DNA of 64,000 bases from Chrysomallon squamiferum (GCA_012295275.1 CM022666.1:4650001-4714000), one strand, 5' to 3'; shown: positions 37,615 through 54,408, numbered from the stretch's first letter. A program made the numbers and translations. The notes: generated by a model not told the origin, from the sequence alone.

Positions 37615-38370
37615 ATCAAACACAAACATGTAAACACATAGAGACAGACATACACACCTACCATTACATACAAAACACACAGGCACAGACACATACCACA
37701 CACACAAACATGTAAACACATAGAGACAGGCATACACATACCTACCATTACATACAAAACACACATGTATAGACACATACCATACACACACAAACATGTA
37801 AACACATAGAGACAGGCATACACATACCTACCATTACATACAAATCACACATGCACAGACACATACCACACACACAAACATGTAAACACATAGAGACAGG
37901 CATACACATACCTACCATTACATACAAAACACACATGCACAGACACATACTACACACACAAACATGTAAACACATAGAGACAGGAATACACATACCTACC
38001 ATTACATACAAAACACACATGCACAGACACATACTACACACACAAACATGTAAACACATAGAGACAGGAATACACATACCTACTATTACATACAAAACAC
38101 ACATACACATACACAAACCACACACACAAACATGTAAACACATAGAGACAGGCAAACACATACCTACCATTACATACAAAACACATATCACACACACAAA
38201 CATGTAAACACATAGAGACAGACATACACATACCTACCATTACATACAAATCACACATGTATAGACACATACCACACACACAAATATGTAAACACATAGA
38301 GACAGGCTAACACATATCTACCATTACATACAAAACACACATGCATAGACACATATCACACACACAAACA
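37615..38370. repeat. 84-bp minisatellite, about 9 copies, CA-rich
   Basis: aaacatgtaaacacatagagacaggcatacacatacctaccattacatacaaaacacacatg... recurs; 28-aa period in the spurious ORFs. Confidence 0.92.
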
Positions 38371-38706
38371 TGCACACGAATACAAACACACACAAACACT
38401 ATGTGCATATGCATGTACACACACACATCTATAGACATACTCACAAACATACATTCACACATTCCAAACCAATACCCAAAATTTCAAAATACACCTGTAC
38501 GAAAACAGGTACATTTAATATTCACCTGAATTTCAGAAATTCTTAAAATAGTCGAATATTTTCAAACAGAGTTTTAGCTTTTCAGTTTTCTCTCTAAATA
38601 CGTCATCGTTACCTTCATCATCAGCTGTCAAGATGATTCACTGTTTGTATTATAGAAATACCTATTGGGTCTCTAATAGTGTATGCAAATAAATCTTCTC
38701 AATATT

Positions 38707-38788
<82 letters not shown>

Positions 38789-39009
38789 CTTTTCAAACTT
38801 ACAAAAGTCGAGAATACCTGAAAACTATTTAACGCAATGTTAAAATAAAGCTTAGTTTTCAACACAACAACGTAGAGAGTATTTCATAGAGATACAATTA
38901 ATTGTAACATAACTGATTATAATTATAAAAACTCTACAGCTGATTTAGTCCACTATAAATACATAAATAAATAAATAGGTAAAAGGCGAAGAAACGTATT
39001 AACTGTTCG

Positions 39010-39048
<39 letters not shown>

Positions 39049-39207
39049 CCTCTGTGTGAGATGGAGAGTCAGAGTACGAGAAAGATACGAAAAGTTTTCA
39101 GTCTGGAAAACAAACAGAGCAAATCTAAAGTTTTTAATATCATATCTTTATTTACTAAATTTTATTCAACATTATTATTAATATTACTGTCATTATTATT
39201 ATTATTA

Positions 39208-39260
<53 letters not shown>

Positions 39261-39307
39261 ATTTATTTATTTATTTATTTCTATGATTAGTTGTTTGTTT
39301 ATTTCAG

Positions 39308-39998
<691 letters not shown>

Positions 39999-42679
39999 AG
40001 AAAAGATGTGTGATAATCAGATAAATGACTGTAATATATTTTATTTTCCATTTAGTTATTAAAAAGTTATTTTTGTTGTACTGTTTATTTATTTATTACA
40101 TACATCAATATTAAGTAGATTAAGCTATGTAATTATATATTTATATGAATTATTCCTGGCTTTTTTTCAAAACAAAGTAGAGTGCGTTGTTTTCCGGAGT
40201 AGAATTTTATCTTACGATGTATATCTATGTGGTCTTTAACACTAAATAGGGGGTTATGTAACGGTTGATTAAAAATGTATTTAGTGACGTTGTTAAATTA
40301 AAAAACACAGTAATCATATTAATAAACTACGAGTAGTACAATAATATAGATAATATTTACTACATTAGGACCAGCCAAGCGAATCCTGTAACCAATAACG
40401 TATTTTTGACAGCAGTGTGTAAATTTCATTCTACGTTGGTGATATTTCCATCTCATATAAACGTAAATACAACGTTCTTGACACTTCAGAGATAATAAAA
40501 ACTGAAATTATTAAATAAAATCTTATTTAACAAGCAGAGAAGACCGTCTGATGAGATGCATGATTATATATATAAATTATGTTAATTAATAACTTCCTGT
40601 CACTTCTCCGCGCATGTCTCTTTACAAATACTTGCAGATGTAGGATTAGTTTTGGGACAGTTTTTGTTCTTGGAGTGGACAGACTGCCAGAAATATAGAT
40701 ACAGAAATATTGTTTCATAAAAAGTTGTCGCGTTACTTTCTTCTTATTTCCACAGTTTTAAAATGCCCGAAATACTACTCCTTATGGGTTTCCTCAGACA
40801 ACCTGAAAATGGAACCATTTTCATTGGCTACGCTATATTGGCTAAAACTGAGCGTTGAATCGGGGCTAAATATTAGTGAAACAAACCAGTTTTTCATACA
40901 TTTTATTTACGGTGTGGACATAAGTTTCCAAAACTTTAGATATCCTTGAAAACACTGTGACGAATTTCCAAAAATATTCAAGACTTTCCAAAACGCATAG
41001 GAACTTGTGTATAATAGTATCACATTTAGGTTATTCCAGTAAACAATCAGTATGTCAAGGTCACTGTATGAAAGCGACGAAAGGGGAGCCATCACGTGGT
41101 ATAAATGTTAGCTTTGTTCAATACATGCGCATGCGTATTAACAAGAGTTAGGACGCGCAATAGTGTATAGTGTTTTTACTATCACTTACTATCATACTGT
41201 GCGCGCACACACACATATACTCTCATACATTTGTTTTTCTTTAATTTTAATTTTGTTTTTTAATTATTTATTTATTTTTTACCGTTGTTTTTAATTAATT
41301 ATATTTTTGCCTTTTTTTTAAATTTAATTATTATTTCTTATTTCTTGCTGTTTTAGAAACTTTATTTATTACTGATTATGACGTACAATTTATAGCCTGG
41401 ATGGAAAGCTCAGTTCTAGAAGAAAGTTATTTATTATTTCTCAGAAACCTTAATCTTAAGAAACACACAAACATACACAAACATTTTCAAAACAGTTTTA
41501 TGAATGGGTGCACGCACTGTCTTGCAAATGGCGTTCATGACCTAGTTACTGCTTTGTTAATGAACAGACCTGAAAATTAATAATAATAAAAATTAAAAAA
41601 GTATCGGTGCTCATATTCATTTTCAACAACAATAACAACAACAACCAAACAACAGATGTATTTATTTATATCAATAATAGTTCATTCATACTTTCTAAAT
41701 CCGTCTGTTAGTAATACGGTTGACAACTTTACCTAGTGACCTGACAACTATTTATAGCTTGGGTGGAAAGCCCAGTTCACAAACTAAATTAATATTCATT
41801 ACTTCTCGGAAATCTTCAAGGAGTTTGAAACAGACCAACCATATAGTGTTAATATGTTGTTATTCAAAATACTGGCAACTCTCCAAATAATGTTATTAGA
41901 GTATAAAAAACGTTTTAAATAATAAATAGGTGTAAGTATATGTGTATGTGTGTATATGTTGTTAATATATTTTGTAACTTTGTTATTGGAGGCAAGTAAC
42001 ACAAAATGATCTGTTACTTGTTAGTATTCATGATCACAGGATCCACTGATACAAATCAGTCCTGGACAAACAGCGTGGTTTCGTGAACTGATCGCTCATT
42101 CTTATTTATTTATTTATCTCATAAAATCAGATGAATAAATTAGAAACTGATATTATTATATTTGAGTATTTGAAATTATTTATTTGTCATGAATGTCTGC
42201 TATTTAAAGAAAATACATAGATGTTCATACTGAATACATCAAGCTTTTCAAGTATTCATTTTTATGGGTGTTTTGTCCTAATTTCTTCATAAAGTACAAG
42301 CCAGCAGCGGTTCCAGTCATGTTGATATCAGTGATAATAATAAACCACGACTCCAACATTTTTTATAGAAAATGTCATTTTACCGGAGATAGAGAAAAAA
42401 TCCCTGTTTTCAAAGCAGATCTTACTCTATGTTTTTCTGTAGTAAAAATGGTTGATTAATGTAAAATGAATTTTTTTTTTAAGATGAGCGATGTTCCCAT
42501 CCGGTCGGCTTAGTCTGTTGATTATGACGAACTATTTACAGCCTGGGTGAAAAGTTCAGTTCTTGAACAATGTTATTTGTTACTTCTGAGAAATATTAAT
42601 AAAAAAAAAACACACACCCCAAAAGAAAAAATACTTAGAAAACTGAAAATTATATATTGCCAATTATAGTTCAGGCCTC

Positions 42680-44626
42680 TCAAAGCATATACAGGCCAAA
42701 GTAGGTGGTCTCGGGATCTCTCAAAATTCTGTTCACAACTGATGTTCTCACCACTGCAGTGTCATTGGCTTTCAGGTAGTAAACAGCTCCAATGTAGGAA
42801 GCAACAAAACCTTCCTGGTATCTTCCTACTTTGCATGTTGTTTGAGGATTTCTGTAGAGGACTTCATGATTTGGATATTTTTCAACTGAGTGGCACAGCC
42901 TAGCGTATTCTAGCTCTGTGATTTGGTTGGCATGGAATAAAACGTTGCTGTATATGAAGTAGTAAGCAGCTTCTTTGACTTGAATCCCGTCAGCGACAAC
43001 AGCTGCAGCTCCTTTCACAAACGATCTTTTACCAGACGACGTCCATTTGACGAGAGGCTTCGATGTGTCTGAAAAGTTTGTAAGAATAAATGATTTTTAA
43101 ATAATATTTTTATTTTAAATTGTTAACAGTTGTAGTTAATATCACTAATATATTTCTATAACTACTACAAACTCCTGCTATTGACTACTTTAGTACCATC
43201 ATTGATATTCTTACTACTAACTTGCTAATACCATTGTTATCACAATTTCTTCTATTATTTCCTAACCACTACTAATATCTATGTGATTACTACTACAACT
43301 ACTTTTACCAGACCAACTACTACTACTACAACTACTTTTACCAGACCAACTACTACTATTACTTCTATTTTACTACCACATTTATTACCAAATCACCTCT
43401 TTTACAGATTAAAATTACTCTGCTACTAATACTACTACTCTATTACTATTACTACTACTCTAATACTACTATTACTAGTACTCTACTACTGCTACTACTA
43501 TTACTATTTCTACTGCTACCACTGCTACTACTACTTGTTTTCTTACTTTCTGTCATATGTTGCATTTACTTCCATTTGTAGATGAGCCGTAGTCTTCACA
43601 TTGTTTTTATTATTCAGTTTGTAAGCGACCTCTCTGATCTGTTTAAGTTTCTGTTCTGAAATATATATATGCATACATACATAGATTCGTACACGTTGAT
43701 TTTATTATCTAAATTCAAAAGCTCAGCGACATCTCTGAAACACGCACATACATACACATATATAAATACACACTTGTACGTGTTTACATACATAGACTGT
43801 ACACAAATATGCACGTACATACAAATACATAATTATAAAAACTTTTGTGGATATTTAAATATGTGTGCCTGAATGTTTCTGTTTGTGTGTGGGTCTTTTT
43901 CTGTATGTTTGTGTGTCTGTGTTTGTATATGTATATGTTTATGACTTTTCTTGTGTGAGTCCGTGTTTCTGCGACTTTGTCTTTTTATGTATATCTGAGT
44001 GTGTATATATGTGTCTGTATTAACTTACCACTTTTCTCAGCTTTTGTATGACTTTCACTCAGTTTCTAAAAAGAATGTTAATAACCAATTTGAAACTAGT
44101 CTACAATAATCAATATTAAATTTATAAATATTTTTCAGAACTATTAATTTCTCCTTTTCATAATTCTAATATTATTAAACATATATTGATCTTTCTTTTC
44201 TTTTTTTTCTTTTTTCTTTTTTTAATTTCATTTATAATGATTTTAACTTTTTTATATTTGTGCAGAGAATTTACTTTTCTTAATTTCATATCTACAGAAA
44301 ATATTATTTTTTTCATTTAATGTATTTATTGAATTATTGTTTTTAGAATTGAATACAGAATTTACCTTTTTCATAATTTCACTGATCACTTTTTCTCCAT
44401 CTCTGTAACAGCAATACATGGTATTGTTCCTGTTTCTGTTCGTAGATTTGTCATCACAACAGTTTTCTCCTGGTTTGCACGAGATTTTCACACACAGTTC
44501 CCGATGAAACAACAAATTGGTTTCTCTGTTCAGAAATTCGTTTAATGTTACAGATACAATGACACTGATGAGTATGAAGTTTAGTACCATAAGAGAAATG
44601 GCAATGACTGGACGAATTGGTACCAT
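42680..44626 (-). CDS. TNF superfamily ligand A2; exons 44626-44366, 44065-44029, 43655-43547, 43068-42680; exon 3 is 109 nt so it joins exon 4 out of phase unless alternative sites are used
   Basis: Same architecture as A1; EQKLKQIREVAYKLNNKNNVKTTAHLQMEVNATYDR is in frame; complete THD ending TYFGLYML*. Confidence 0.9.
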
Positions 44627-46629
44627 TTTGTGTAACAACTTTTATTTCCTTCAGAAGTAGTCTGTAAAACATGACGAAAAGAAGAAAAAAATGTTATTAG
44701 TAATAAATAATACCAAGATAAATACACACACACGCACCCGTACACAGTCTCAGTATGCACACACCTATACTGATTCTGCCACACTCGGAGTTACTCCCCC
44801 CACTCTGGTTATCTACAGAATCGCCAAACAAAGCCTGTGTTAAAATTTCTCTGGTTTGCTCTGTCTTGTTTGACTGGGCAGTTGAAATGTTTGTTATGAA
44901 TATTTACAATTCTAATAGCTCAGCCTTCTTGGCTCTTTTGATAAACGTTACACTAGGATTGTTCAATGTATCTTAATCCATAATAATTTCTCCGTTTTGA
45001 CTTATTTATTTTAATATCGTTATTATTTTGTTGTGTTGTGTTTTCTCAAGTGGATTTAAACAGAAATTAGCTGTCATTAAACTGAGAAAATACTCAGTAC
45101 ATCTAAAGAAATAATTCCATAAGAATTTTAGAAAACGAGACCCAAAATTAATTATTTGAAAAATCCCGGACGAGAGCCCCAACTTTTATGTTCCTGTCAC
45201 GTGGCTCACATCTCTAAACACCTTGAATGTTTTATTATGACTCAGTCTAGGGTAACAATGTGTTTTACTGGCCACCTAACAAAGAATATAAACGCTAAAT
45301 TGACAGCAATCTATATAAATCAATAAGTCTATCTACTCACTAGAGAAATAAACACAACAGTAGTTACGATTCACGTTAATTATTTCATTATGATATACAG
45401 GTGACTTGATAATAATACATTAAACAATCATAAAACATACGTTTAAGTAATTTTTATTAATGATACGAGTACGGTCATACGGGGAAAGAAGACAAAATAT
45501 TGGTTTCCCCGCCTGACTGATATTTCGTCTTGACTGTTTTCTTCGCTTACGTCTCTCTTTATTACCTTTGAACCTGGAACCTTGAATAAAATTAACGTGC
45601 TGATCAGAGCGAGCTGTTGTCTACGACAGGCACGCTTTCTGACACGTCAACAGTAGTTTTAAAAACGCCATGGAGTTAAAAACTTAGCGGAAATAATAAA
45701 AGGAGCGGATGTGATTGTAGTAATAATTAAAGTTACGCAATTTCAATTCCATAACTTAAATATGAAAGATCGGATGTCATTTGAGGTAACGCAATCTGAA
45801 TTCATCGCTTAAAAATAAAAGGAGCGGAGCTCTGATTGAAGTAACAAATTTGAATTCCGTGACTTTCTTAACCGCGATATTCATTTTTTTCAAGTTGGTA
45901 TAATATCACATAATATTATACAAATGAAATAGTGAAATTGTAAGTGAAATTATAATTTTATATAAATATATATATAACCTATGAAATAAGTAAAACATTT
46001 TACATACCTAAATGATGAAAAAAATTAACTTGCTAATCAGAAGAACCTGTTGTGAGGCACGCTTTCTGGCAGGCGTCGTTGATTTTTATACTTGAAAAGA
46101 TCGTATTGTATTCTCTACCTGCTCACGCATTCATTTTTGACTGGCTAAGAGGAAGTGTCGTCTTCTTTATTTGAATTTATTGGTTAATGGTTTTTTTCTT
46201 CTTATGTATTTAATTATTTGCTATATATTTCGTAGTTAACGTAATAAAATGAGCAAAGCTATTAAATGTATTGTTTATGCATATTGTTCGTAAATAAATT
46301 ACATATTATAGCTGATATTGCTATAATAGTATTCTATTGCTGTGTCATCTAAACCATAAACAACAAAAGGAGAACATGTAGTCTGTGTATCACACAGTGG
46401 ACAGTTCCAGCCCGGATTTATCATCTTACAAGTAATCAGAATAAATAAGTGTAGTCATCCATGTGTGTTTCTGTGTTTTTCTTTGTCTGTCTGTGTTTGT
46501 GTCTATGTATAGAATAAATGTGTATGTTTATATTTGTGTTTGTGTATGTGTCTCTGTTAACGTAACACTTTAATCGGCTTTTGTCTGACTTTCACTCTGT
46601 TTCTAAAAAGAATTTTGATAACGACTTAT

Positions 46630-47480
46630 AATAATTTCTCAGTTTTGACTTATTTATTTTAATATCGTTATTATTTTGTTGTGTTGTGTTTTCTCAAGTG
46701 GATATAAATATAAATTAGCTGTCATTAAACTGAGAAAATACTCAGTACATCTAAAGAAACAATTCCATAAGAATTTTAGAAAACGAACCCCAAAATTAAT
46801 TATTTGAAAAATCCCGGACGAGAGCCCCAACTTTTATGTTCCTGTCACGTGGCTCACATCTTTAAACACGTTGTATGTTTTATTATGGCTCAGTCTAGGG
46901 TAACAATGTGTTTTACTGGCCACCTAACAAAGAATATAAACGCTAAATTGACAGCAATCTATATAAATCAATAAGTCTATCTACTCACTAGAGAAATAAA
47001 CACAACAGTAGTTACGATTCACGTTAATTATTTCATTATGATATACAGGTGACTTGATAATAATACATTAAGCAATCATAAAACATACGTTTTGCTGTAA
47101 CGGGGCTCACATCTTTAAACACCTTGTATGTTTTATTATGACTCAGTCTAGGGTAACAATGTGTTTTACTGGCCACCTAACAAAGAATATAAACGCTAAA
47201 TTGACAGCAATCTATATAAATCAATAAGTCTATCTACTCACTAGAGAAATAAACACAACAGTAGTTACGATTCACGTTAATTATTTCATTATGATATACA
47301 GGTGACTTGATAATAATACATTAAACAATCATAAAACATACGTTTAAGTAATTTTTATTAATGATACGAGTACGGTCATACGGGGAAAGAAGACAAAATA
47401 TTGGTTTCCCCGCCTGACTGATATTTCGTCTTGACTGTTTTCTTCGCTTACGTCTCTCTTTAATTACCTTTGAACCTGAA
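46630..47480. repeat. Nested local duplications of the TNF-A upstream region (~46630-47090 and ~47103-47480)
   Basis: Re-copies of ~44985-45440 and ~45203-45580. Confidence 0.9.
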
Positions 47481-50400
47481 ACCTTGAATCAAATTAACGT
47501 GGTAATCAGAGCAAGCACGTCTACGACAGGCACGCTTTCTGACACGTCAGCAGTACTTTAATTACCGAACGAACGTACGAAAAATAATTAACGTGCTAAT
47601 CAGAGCTAGCTGTTGTGAAGCACGTCTGCGACGGGCACGCCTTCTGACAGGTCAGCGGGCGCGTCCGTCGCAGAAAAGAGTTTTGGGTAGGGAAAAGAAT
47701 GGATTCTCGCCACGATTGCAGGACACAAGGGAGTGTCCAGCACATCGGATCGTAACGAGTCGGTACGGATCTGCATTACCAAAATGCAGCTCTTTTTATA
47801 ACAACGCCATGGAGTTGAAAAATTAGCGGAAACAATAAAAGTAGCGGAAGTGATTGTAGCTCTGATTGAAGTAACAAATTTGAATTCTGTGACTTTCTTA
47901 ACCGCGATATTCAGTTTTTTCAAGTTGGTGTAATATCACATAATATTATACAAATGAAATAGTGAAATTATAATTTTCTATAAATATATATAATCTATGA
48001 ATTAAGTGAAATTATAATTTTATATAATTAAATATAACCTATGAAATAAGTGAAATTATAATTTTGTAAAAATATATATAATCTATGAATTAAGTGAAAT
48101 TATAATTTTATATAATTAAATATAACCTATGAAATAAGGGAAATTATAATTTTATACAAAAATATATAGCCTATGAAATAAGTAAAACATTTTACATACC
48201 TAAATCATGAAGAAAATCAACGAGCTATTCAGAGCAAGCTGTTGTGAAGCACGTCTAAGACGGGCACGCTTTCTGACAGATCAGCTCTCTGAACTGACAG
48301 AAGTCGCTGATTTTTATACTTGTAAGACGTGCACGCTATATGACAGGTCAGCTATCTGAATGAACTGACAGAAGTCGCTCATTTTTGTACTTGTACGACG
48401 TGCACACTATCTTACAGGTCAGCTATCTTTATACCTGATTTCTGTACCTGCGACGTTTGAAAAGATCGTATCATATTGTTTACCTGCTCACGTGTTTGAA
48501 TTGACTGATTAATGTTTAGTTTTTTTCTGTCGTATTTAATTATTTGCTGTATATTTTGTAGTTAACGTAATAAAATGAGCAAAGCTATTAAATGTATAGT
48601 TTATGCATAGTGTTCGTAAATAAATTACATATAACAGTTGATATTGCTATAATAGTAATAGTTGTTGTTGTTGTGTATGTTATTGTTGTCGCGGCTGCTT
48701 TTGTCGTTATTGTTAAATAAAGAGTACAGCGTAATTTCTATTCCTGTGTCAACTAACCCATAAACAACAAAAGGAGAACATGTAGTCTGTGTATCACACA
48801 GTGGAAAGTTCCAGCCCGGATTTGTCATCTTACACGTAATCGGAATAAATAAGTGTAGTGATATATTTATTATTACAGGGCCAGGAGTATCAAATGTCTC
48901 AGAAATATCTCCCTGTGACAGAAGAGTCTTCCACTTGTAAATGTCTCTTGTATCATGACTGTTGATTCAGTCTGCCGAATAAAAATAAAAATAAAATAAA
49001 ATAAAATAAAATAAAATAAAATAAAATAAAATAAAATATAATATAATATAATAAAATAAATGAAAATAATTTTTTGAATTAAAATAAATAAGAATAAAAA
49101 AATGTTAGGGGTAAAGTAAAATAAATAAAAAAGTAAAATATGCTGAATTAAAATTTAAAAAATAAAAAATAAAAAAGTGATAAAAATAAAATATAAATAC
49201 AAAATGATAAAAGTAAAGTGAAATAAATAAACACAATAAGATATATAAAAATAAATTAATTAAAACTATAAAATAAATGAAATAAAATTATAGTAAGATA
49301 AAATAAAATAAATAGAGTAAAATAAAAATAAACAAACAAACAAACAAACAAACCATAAATAAATAAATAAGTAAATAAATCCATTAATTACTACAGTCAA
49401 CGTAATAAAATGAACAAAGCTATTAAATGTATAGTTTATGTGTATTGTTAGTAAATAAATTACATATAATAGTTGATATTGCTTTAATAGTAATAGTTGT
49501 TGTTGTTGCGTATGTTATTATTATTACGACTGCTTTTGTCGTTATTGTTAAATAAAGAGTACAGCGTAATTTCTAGTCCTGTTTCAACTAAGCCATAAAC
49601 AACAACATGAAAACATGTAGTCTGTGTATCACACAGTGGAAATTTCCAGCCCTGATTTGTCATCTTACAAGTAATCTAAATAAATAAGTGTAGTCATCCA
49701 TTTATTATTACAGAGCGAGGAATATAAAATGTCGCAGAAATATCCCCCTATGACGGAAGAATCTTCTGCTTGCAAACGAAAAAAGTCACAATTTTGTATA
49801 TAAGAAAATGTATGGATTTATGGAGTATTGAATATGGCATCATAGTCTACATGGGGTAATTGTTAAGCTTACTGATTAGGTCAGTTAGGTTAGATTAAAG
49901 AAAGAGGTTTCATACTGTGCAGGGGTGTTGACTTGTTACACTTATTAATTAGGCAGGATTAAAGAAAGAGTCTTCATATTGTGCAGGGGTGATGCTTGGG
50001 TCCAGCTTACTGATTAGAATAGATTTAAACAAAGAGCTTCCTATTGTAAATGATTTATAAAATGTTCCATGTTAAAATGTGTTTCACTATATATTCTCCA
50101 GCTTACTCTAGTGTCAGAAGTATGTTTAATATGGAAGTTATTTATAGCAGTATGGATGGTAATAAAATCTGTTATACTGCGACAGAATGTCTTCGTGATA
50201 TTGGATGGAACATCAGACTAAAACGTCATCTTTATAATCAAAGAACATTAAGACGTTGAAAAATAACGCGTGTCCCTTTGCTTTTTCATAAAATATTTTT
50301 TGTTTGTTTCCAGGGTAACGGTCGTTGTCCAGTGAACGCACTGTGTAACTAGTTATGTAGATGTTTGCTCTTCTGTATTAACTCGTATTTGATTGTGGTG

Positions 50401-52927
50401 ACAGATTACATGTGGGTTTTTGTGTTTGTGGCTGTGTATAAAATAAATGTGTATGTTTGAGTGTATGTTTATATTTGTGTTTGTGTATGTTTCTGTGTTA
50501 ACTTATTACTTTTCTCGGCTTTTGTGTGACTTTCTCTCAGTTTCTAAAAAGAATGTTAATAACCACTTTGAAACTAGTAATCAGTTTTAAATTTATAAAT
50601 ATGTTTCAGCACAATGAATTTCTCCTATTCATAATACAAATGTTATATTATTAAACGTATATGGATCTTTCTTGTCAATTTCATTTATAATGAACTTAAC
50701 TATTTAATATTTTTATATAGAATTTACCCATTTCTACATACAACTTTTTTGTTGTTATTGCTGCATTTAATTCATTTATGAAACTGACGCGTATCAAGTC
50801 TAGTACTATAAAAGAAATGGCAACGACCGGACGAATTGACTTCATTTTCCTTTAGATGCAGTCTGTGCCAAACATGATAAAAATGTTATTAGTAATCAAT
50901 AATACCAAGAAAAAACACATACATAAATAACATTCTTTCAAAAAAATATCAATAAAATATAAAGTAAAATAATAAATAAAACCATACACACACACGCCCA
51001 GAAAAGCGTGGAAGAGATACTACACAAACAACAGAATATTCTTTCAAACAATTAAAATAAGACTACAGGAAAATAATGACAAATCTTGCGAAAATATGTT
51101 TTGCCTTCGACTACCTTTTCATTACATAAATGATTTACATATTATCAGAAGATTATAATATTGTATTGAAAACAAACAGAAACTTTTTTTTTTTTTAGAA
51201 AATGTGGTATTTTTTCGATGACGCGTTGTCCTTCAAATCACATTTTGATTGGATACGAGAAAATATAACATTATCGAGAGAATACAATAACCGACCAGTA
51301 GGTTGTTATTGTTGTAGTTCTTCTTATTATTATTAATATTAAGACAAAAGCAAGGTCGGCAACTTTTGCAGAGAGGAGGCCAGACTGGCATGCAATGTTT
51401 TGCTATGAAGCGGACAGACATTTAATATATCGTGACAATCACAGCTTAGATCTACATTTCACAGGCAGTGATGTCGTTGTAGTCATAGGGACTCGGGGAA
51501 ATACGTGGGCCGTGCATTGTTTGTATCAGCTGAGTCACTTAGCAAAAAACTGTTTATAAACACTGCTCAGTAAGATTACTTTTAAAGATAATGAATGAAC
51601 TGAGTTTATACGAAAAATGTCAAATAAACAAATTACAGTGGGGTTTTCTGATCAGCAAAGCAAATAGACATTGAAGACTGCATAATTATTAAAACTTAAT
51701 CCTGATATGTGTGCGTGAATGTGCATCTATGTAGGTGTATCTATATAAGTATGTGATATGTACACTGTTATATAACAGCAATATTTAACTTACTGTCTAT
51801 AAAGTACACAAATTATGCTGCATAAAATAAAACTTAAATCATGTTACTGACTGGTGTATAAGTGAAAAGTCAGTTGAAAAATATTCTCATTAATTTTACT
51901 TGATATTTAAAAAAGAAAAGAAGAAAAAGGAGAAAATGATAAATGCAGAACAAGACATTTTTACTACATTTAAAGTAACTATCCAAGTAATAGAAATTAT
52001 GAACAGGTGAACAGAGGTATGGCTGTAGTCTTTATTTAACAACAACGACAGCAGCAAACAATACTAATTATACTGATGATGATGATGATGATACATTTTA
52101 TAGTAGTAATAATAGCAGCAGCAGCACTAATATAAATAGAAGGAGGAGTAGAAAGAATAATACTAGTAATCATGATTATATAGTAATAATATAGCAGTAG
52201 TAATAATGATGAAGATGATAGTGGTAATAAAGTTAATGATAATTATGATAGTCGCAATAAAATTAATAATGGTGATGATGATGATACACATAATAAAATT
52301 AATAATCATAATATTTACGTGTTCGGTAAGTCATACTAACCTACATATAACAGTACTGTCACCGATGTATAATAATACTATCACATGCCGTGATTTCCAG
52401 TAACCAATGACTACGTCAAGGTGTGTGTACCAACAATGAGGGAACTATTATCTGATGTAAATATAGCTTTCATGAATCTATGCGCAGCCGTATTAACAAG
52501 AGTTAAGCACGCCAAATATGATACCTGATATTGTGGTCTAGAATAGACACTGACATGTGCAGTTTAGTCAGTGAATTGACAAAATGGAAGGGTACAGATA
52601 AAAAATGTTAATATGTAAAGTTATTCAACTGACTGGGTAAAAAAAAAAAAATTAAGTTAAGTAAACGTGAATTGTGGTACATCTACAAAGTCATTTTATA
52701 CACACGTACATACTATTATGTAAATTTAGTTAATATTCGCAGTTTATTACTTTACTGCACAACTTTATTCAGAGCAAAGACCAGCTGGAAAAAAACCCAA
52801 TGATGATGATGAAGATGATGATGATAAATTTAATAGTAGTAGTAGCAGCAACAGCAGCACTAATTTCAATAGTAGTAGTAGTAAGAATAATACTAATAAT
52901 GTTGATTAGTAGCAGTAACAGTAACTA

Positions 52928-53110
52928 TGATGACGATAGTGATAATAAAATTAATGATGATGACGATAGTGATAATAAAATTAATGATGATGACGATAGT
53001 GATAATAAAATTAATGATGATGACGATAGTGATAATAAAATTAATGATGATGATGATAGTGATAATAAAATTAATAATAGTGATGATAGTGATAATAAAA
53101 TTAATAATAA
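52928..53110. repeat. 30-bp tandem repeat (gatgatgacgatagtgataataaaattaat), about 6 copies
   Basis: Visible; gives the spurious DDDSDNKIN ORF. Confidence 0.92.
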
Positions 53111-54408
53111 TATTTATGTTTTTGAAATGCTACTAAAAACAAAATTGTTTTTGTGATAAAACAAAAAAAATGCTTTAAATAGATTGTTTAATATGCAAAT
53201 TTTACATCAAATTTAAATATAGCACATATAAACATTTATCACTCTCATAATTCCAGTGCATGATTACATACTGTTTAAAGAACACTTAACTTGTATTATT
53301 CATTATAAACCAATCAGTGAACATTTAACTTTCATCAGTCAATTTATATAGAAAATCAGTAATATGCAAATATTTATTCACTGCACATCACACATTTATT
53401 TTACATAGAAAATCTCTAGAACACATTCACTGTTTGTAGAACATCCACTGGACAGATTTACTGAACACAGACCATCAGTAGTACATACATTACAAATTCA
53501 CTGTACAAAAAAAAGCCACTATGCATGGAGTATTCATTATTATTTAACATTAATTATATTTACAACATCCACAGATATACATGTTTAGAAGACCAACTGA
53601 ACAAAAACATCTTTTCACACAGAACATCTACAGCAGAACATCCATTGTGTACAGAACATCTACCATACAAGAACATTCACTGTACACTGAACATCTACTG
53701 TACTTGAGCATCCAATGTACAGTCTATACAGAACATCTGTACAAGATCATCTTTTTACACAGGACATAGACTGTAGAACAACGCCTACTGTACTTAGAAC
53801 ATTAGAGCATCTACTGCACAAAGAATATCCAGTGTACAAGAACATCCATTGTACATAGAACATACATTGTATAATGTGAAAAAAAACCTAAAATAATAGT
53901 AAATAAAACCTGAAGCAGAGTCCATCTTTTGAGAACGATGAGGACTGTCAGTGATTATTTTGTTAATAAAATTCTGGATCATGAAGTTGACAGTAAAACT
54001 TTGAATGATGATGTTAACAATACAATTCTGAATGATGATGCTGACAATGAAATTTTGAATGATGATGCTGACAATGAAATTTTGAATGATGATGTAGATT
54101 AATGGCCATGACAGTCTTTGTGTTTACTTATGATCCACGTTTATTTTCATTCTATTATTATTATTATTTTACTGAAATGAAAAGTCTTCTTCTGACACAA
54201 CTAAATTCCTCATTTATCTTATAGATTATGAAAACAAATCTCTATACACATACGAGCATAATATTTCACAGAATCTGATGTCACTGTGAATATAAGACAA
54301 TTGATATCAAATGAGATTTTTCAGGTGTGTGTGTTCGCCGATATATTTGATATGTCCTGAAGGAAATATTAGAATGTAATGTTTTTTAGGTTTTAAGTAA
54401 ATTTCTTT

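Noticed and set aside
37563-38529. Cys/His-rich repeat ORFs, or a CRISPR-like array
   Set aside because: Head-to-tail 84-bp minisatellite without unique spacers, in eukaryotic DNA.
52800-53156. Signal peptide plus Asp-rich repeat ORF (biomineralisation-like)
   Set aside because: Built from trinucleotide and 30-bp repeats that are much shorter in the paralog near 29.0 kb; no supporting gene structure.
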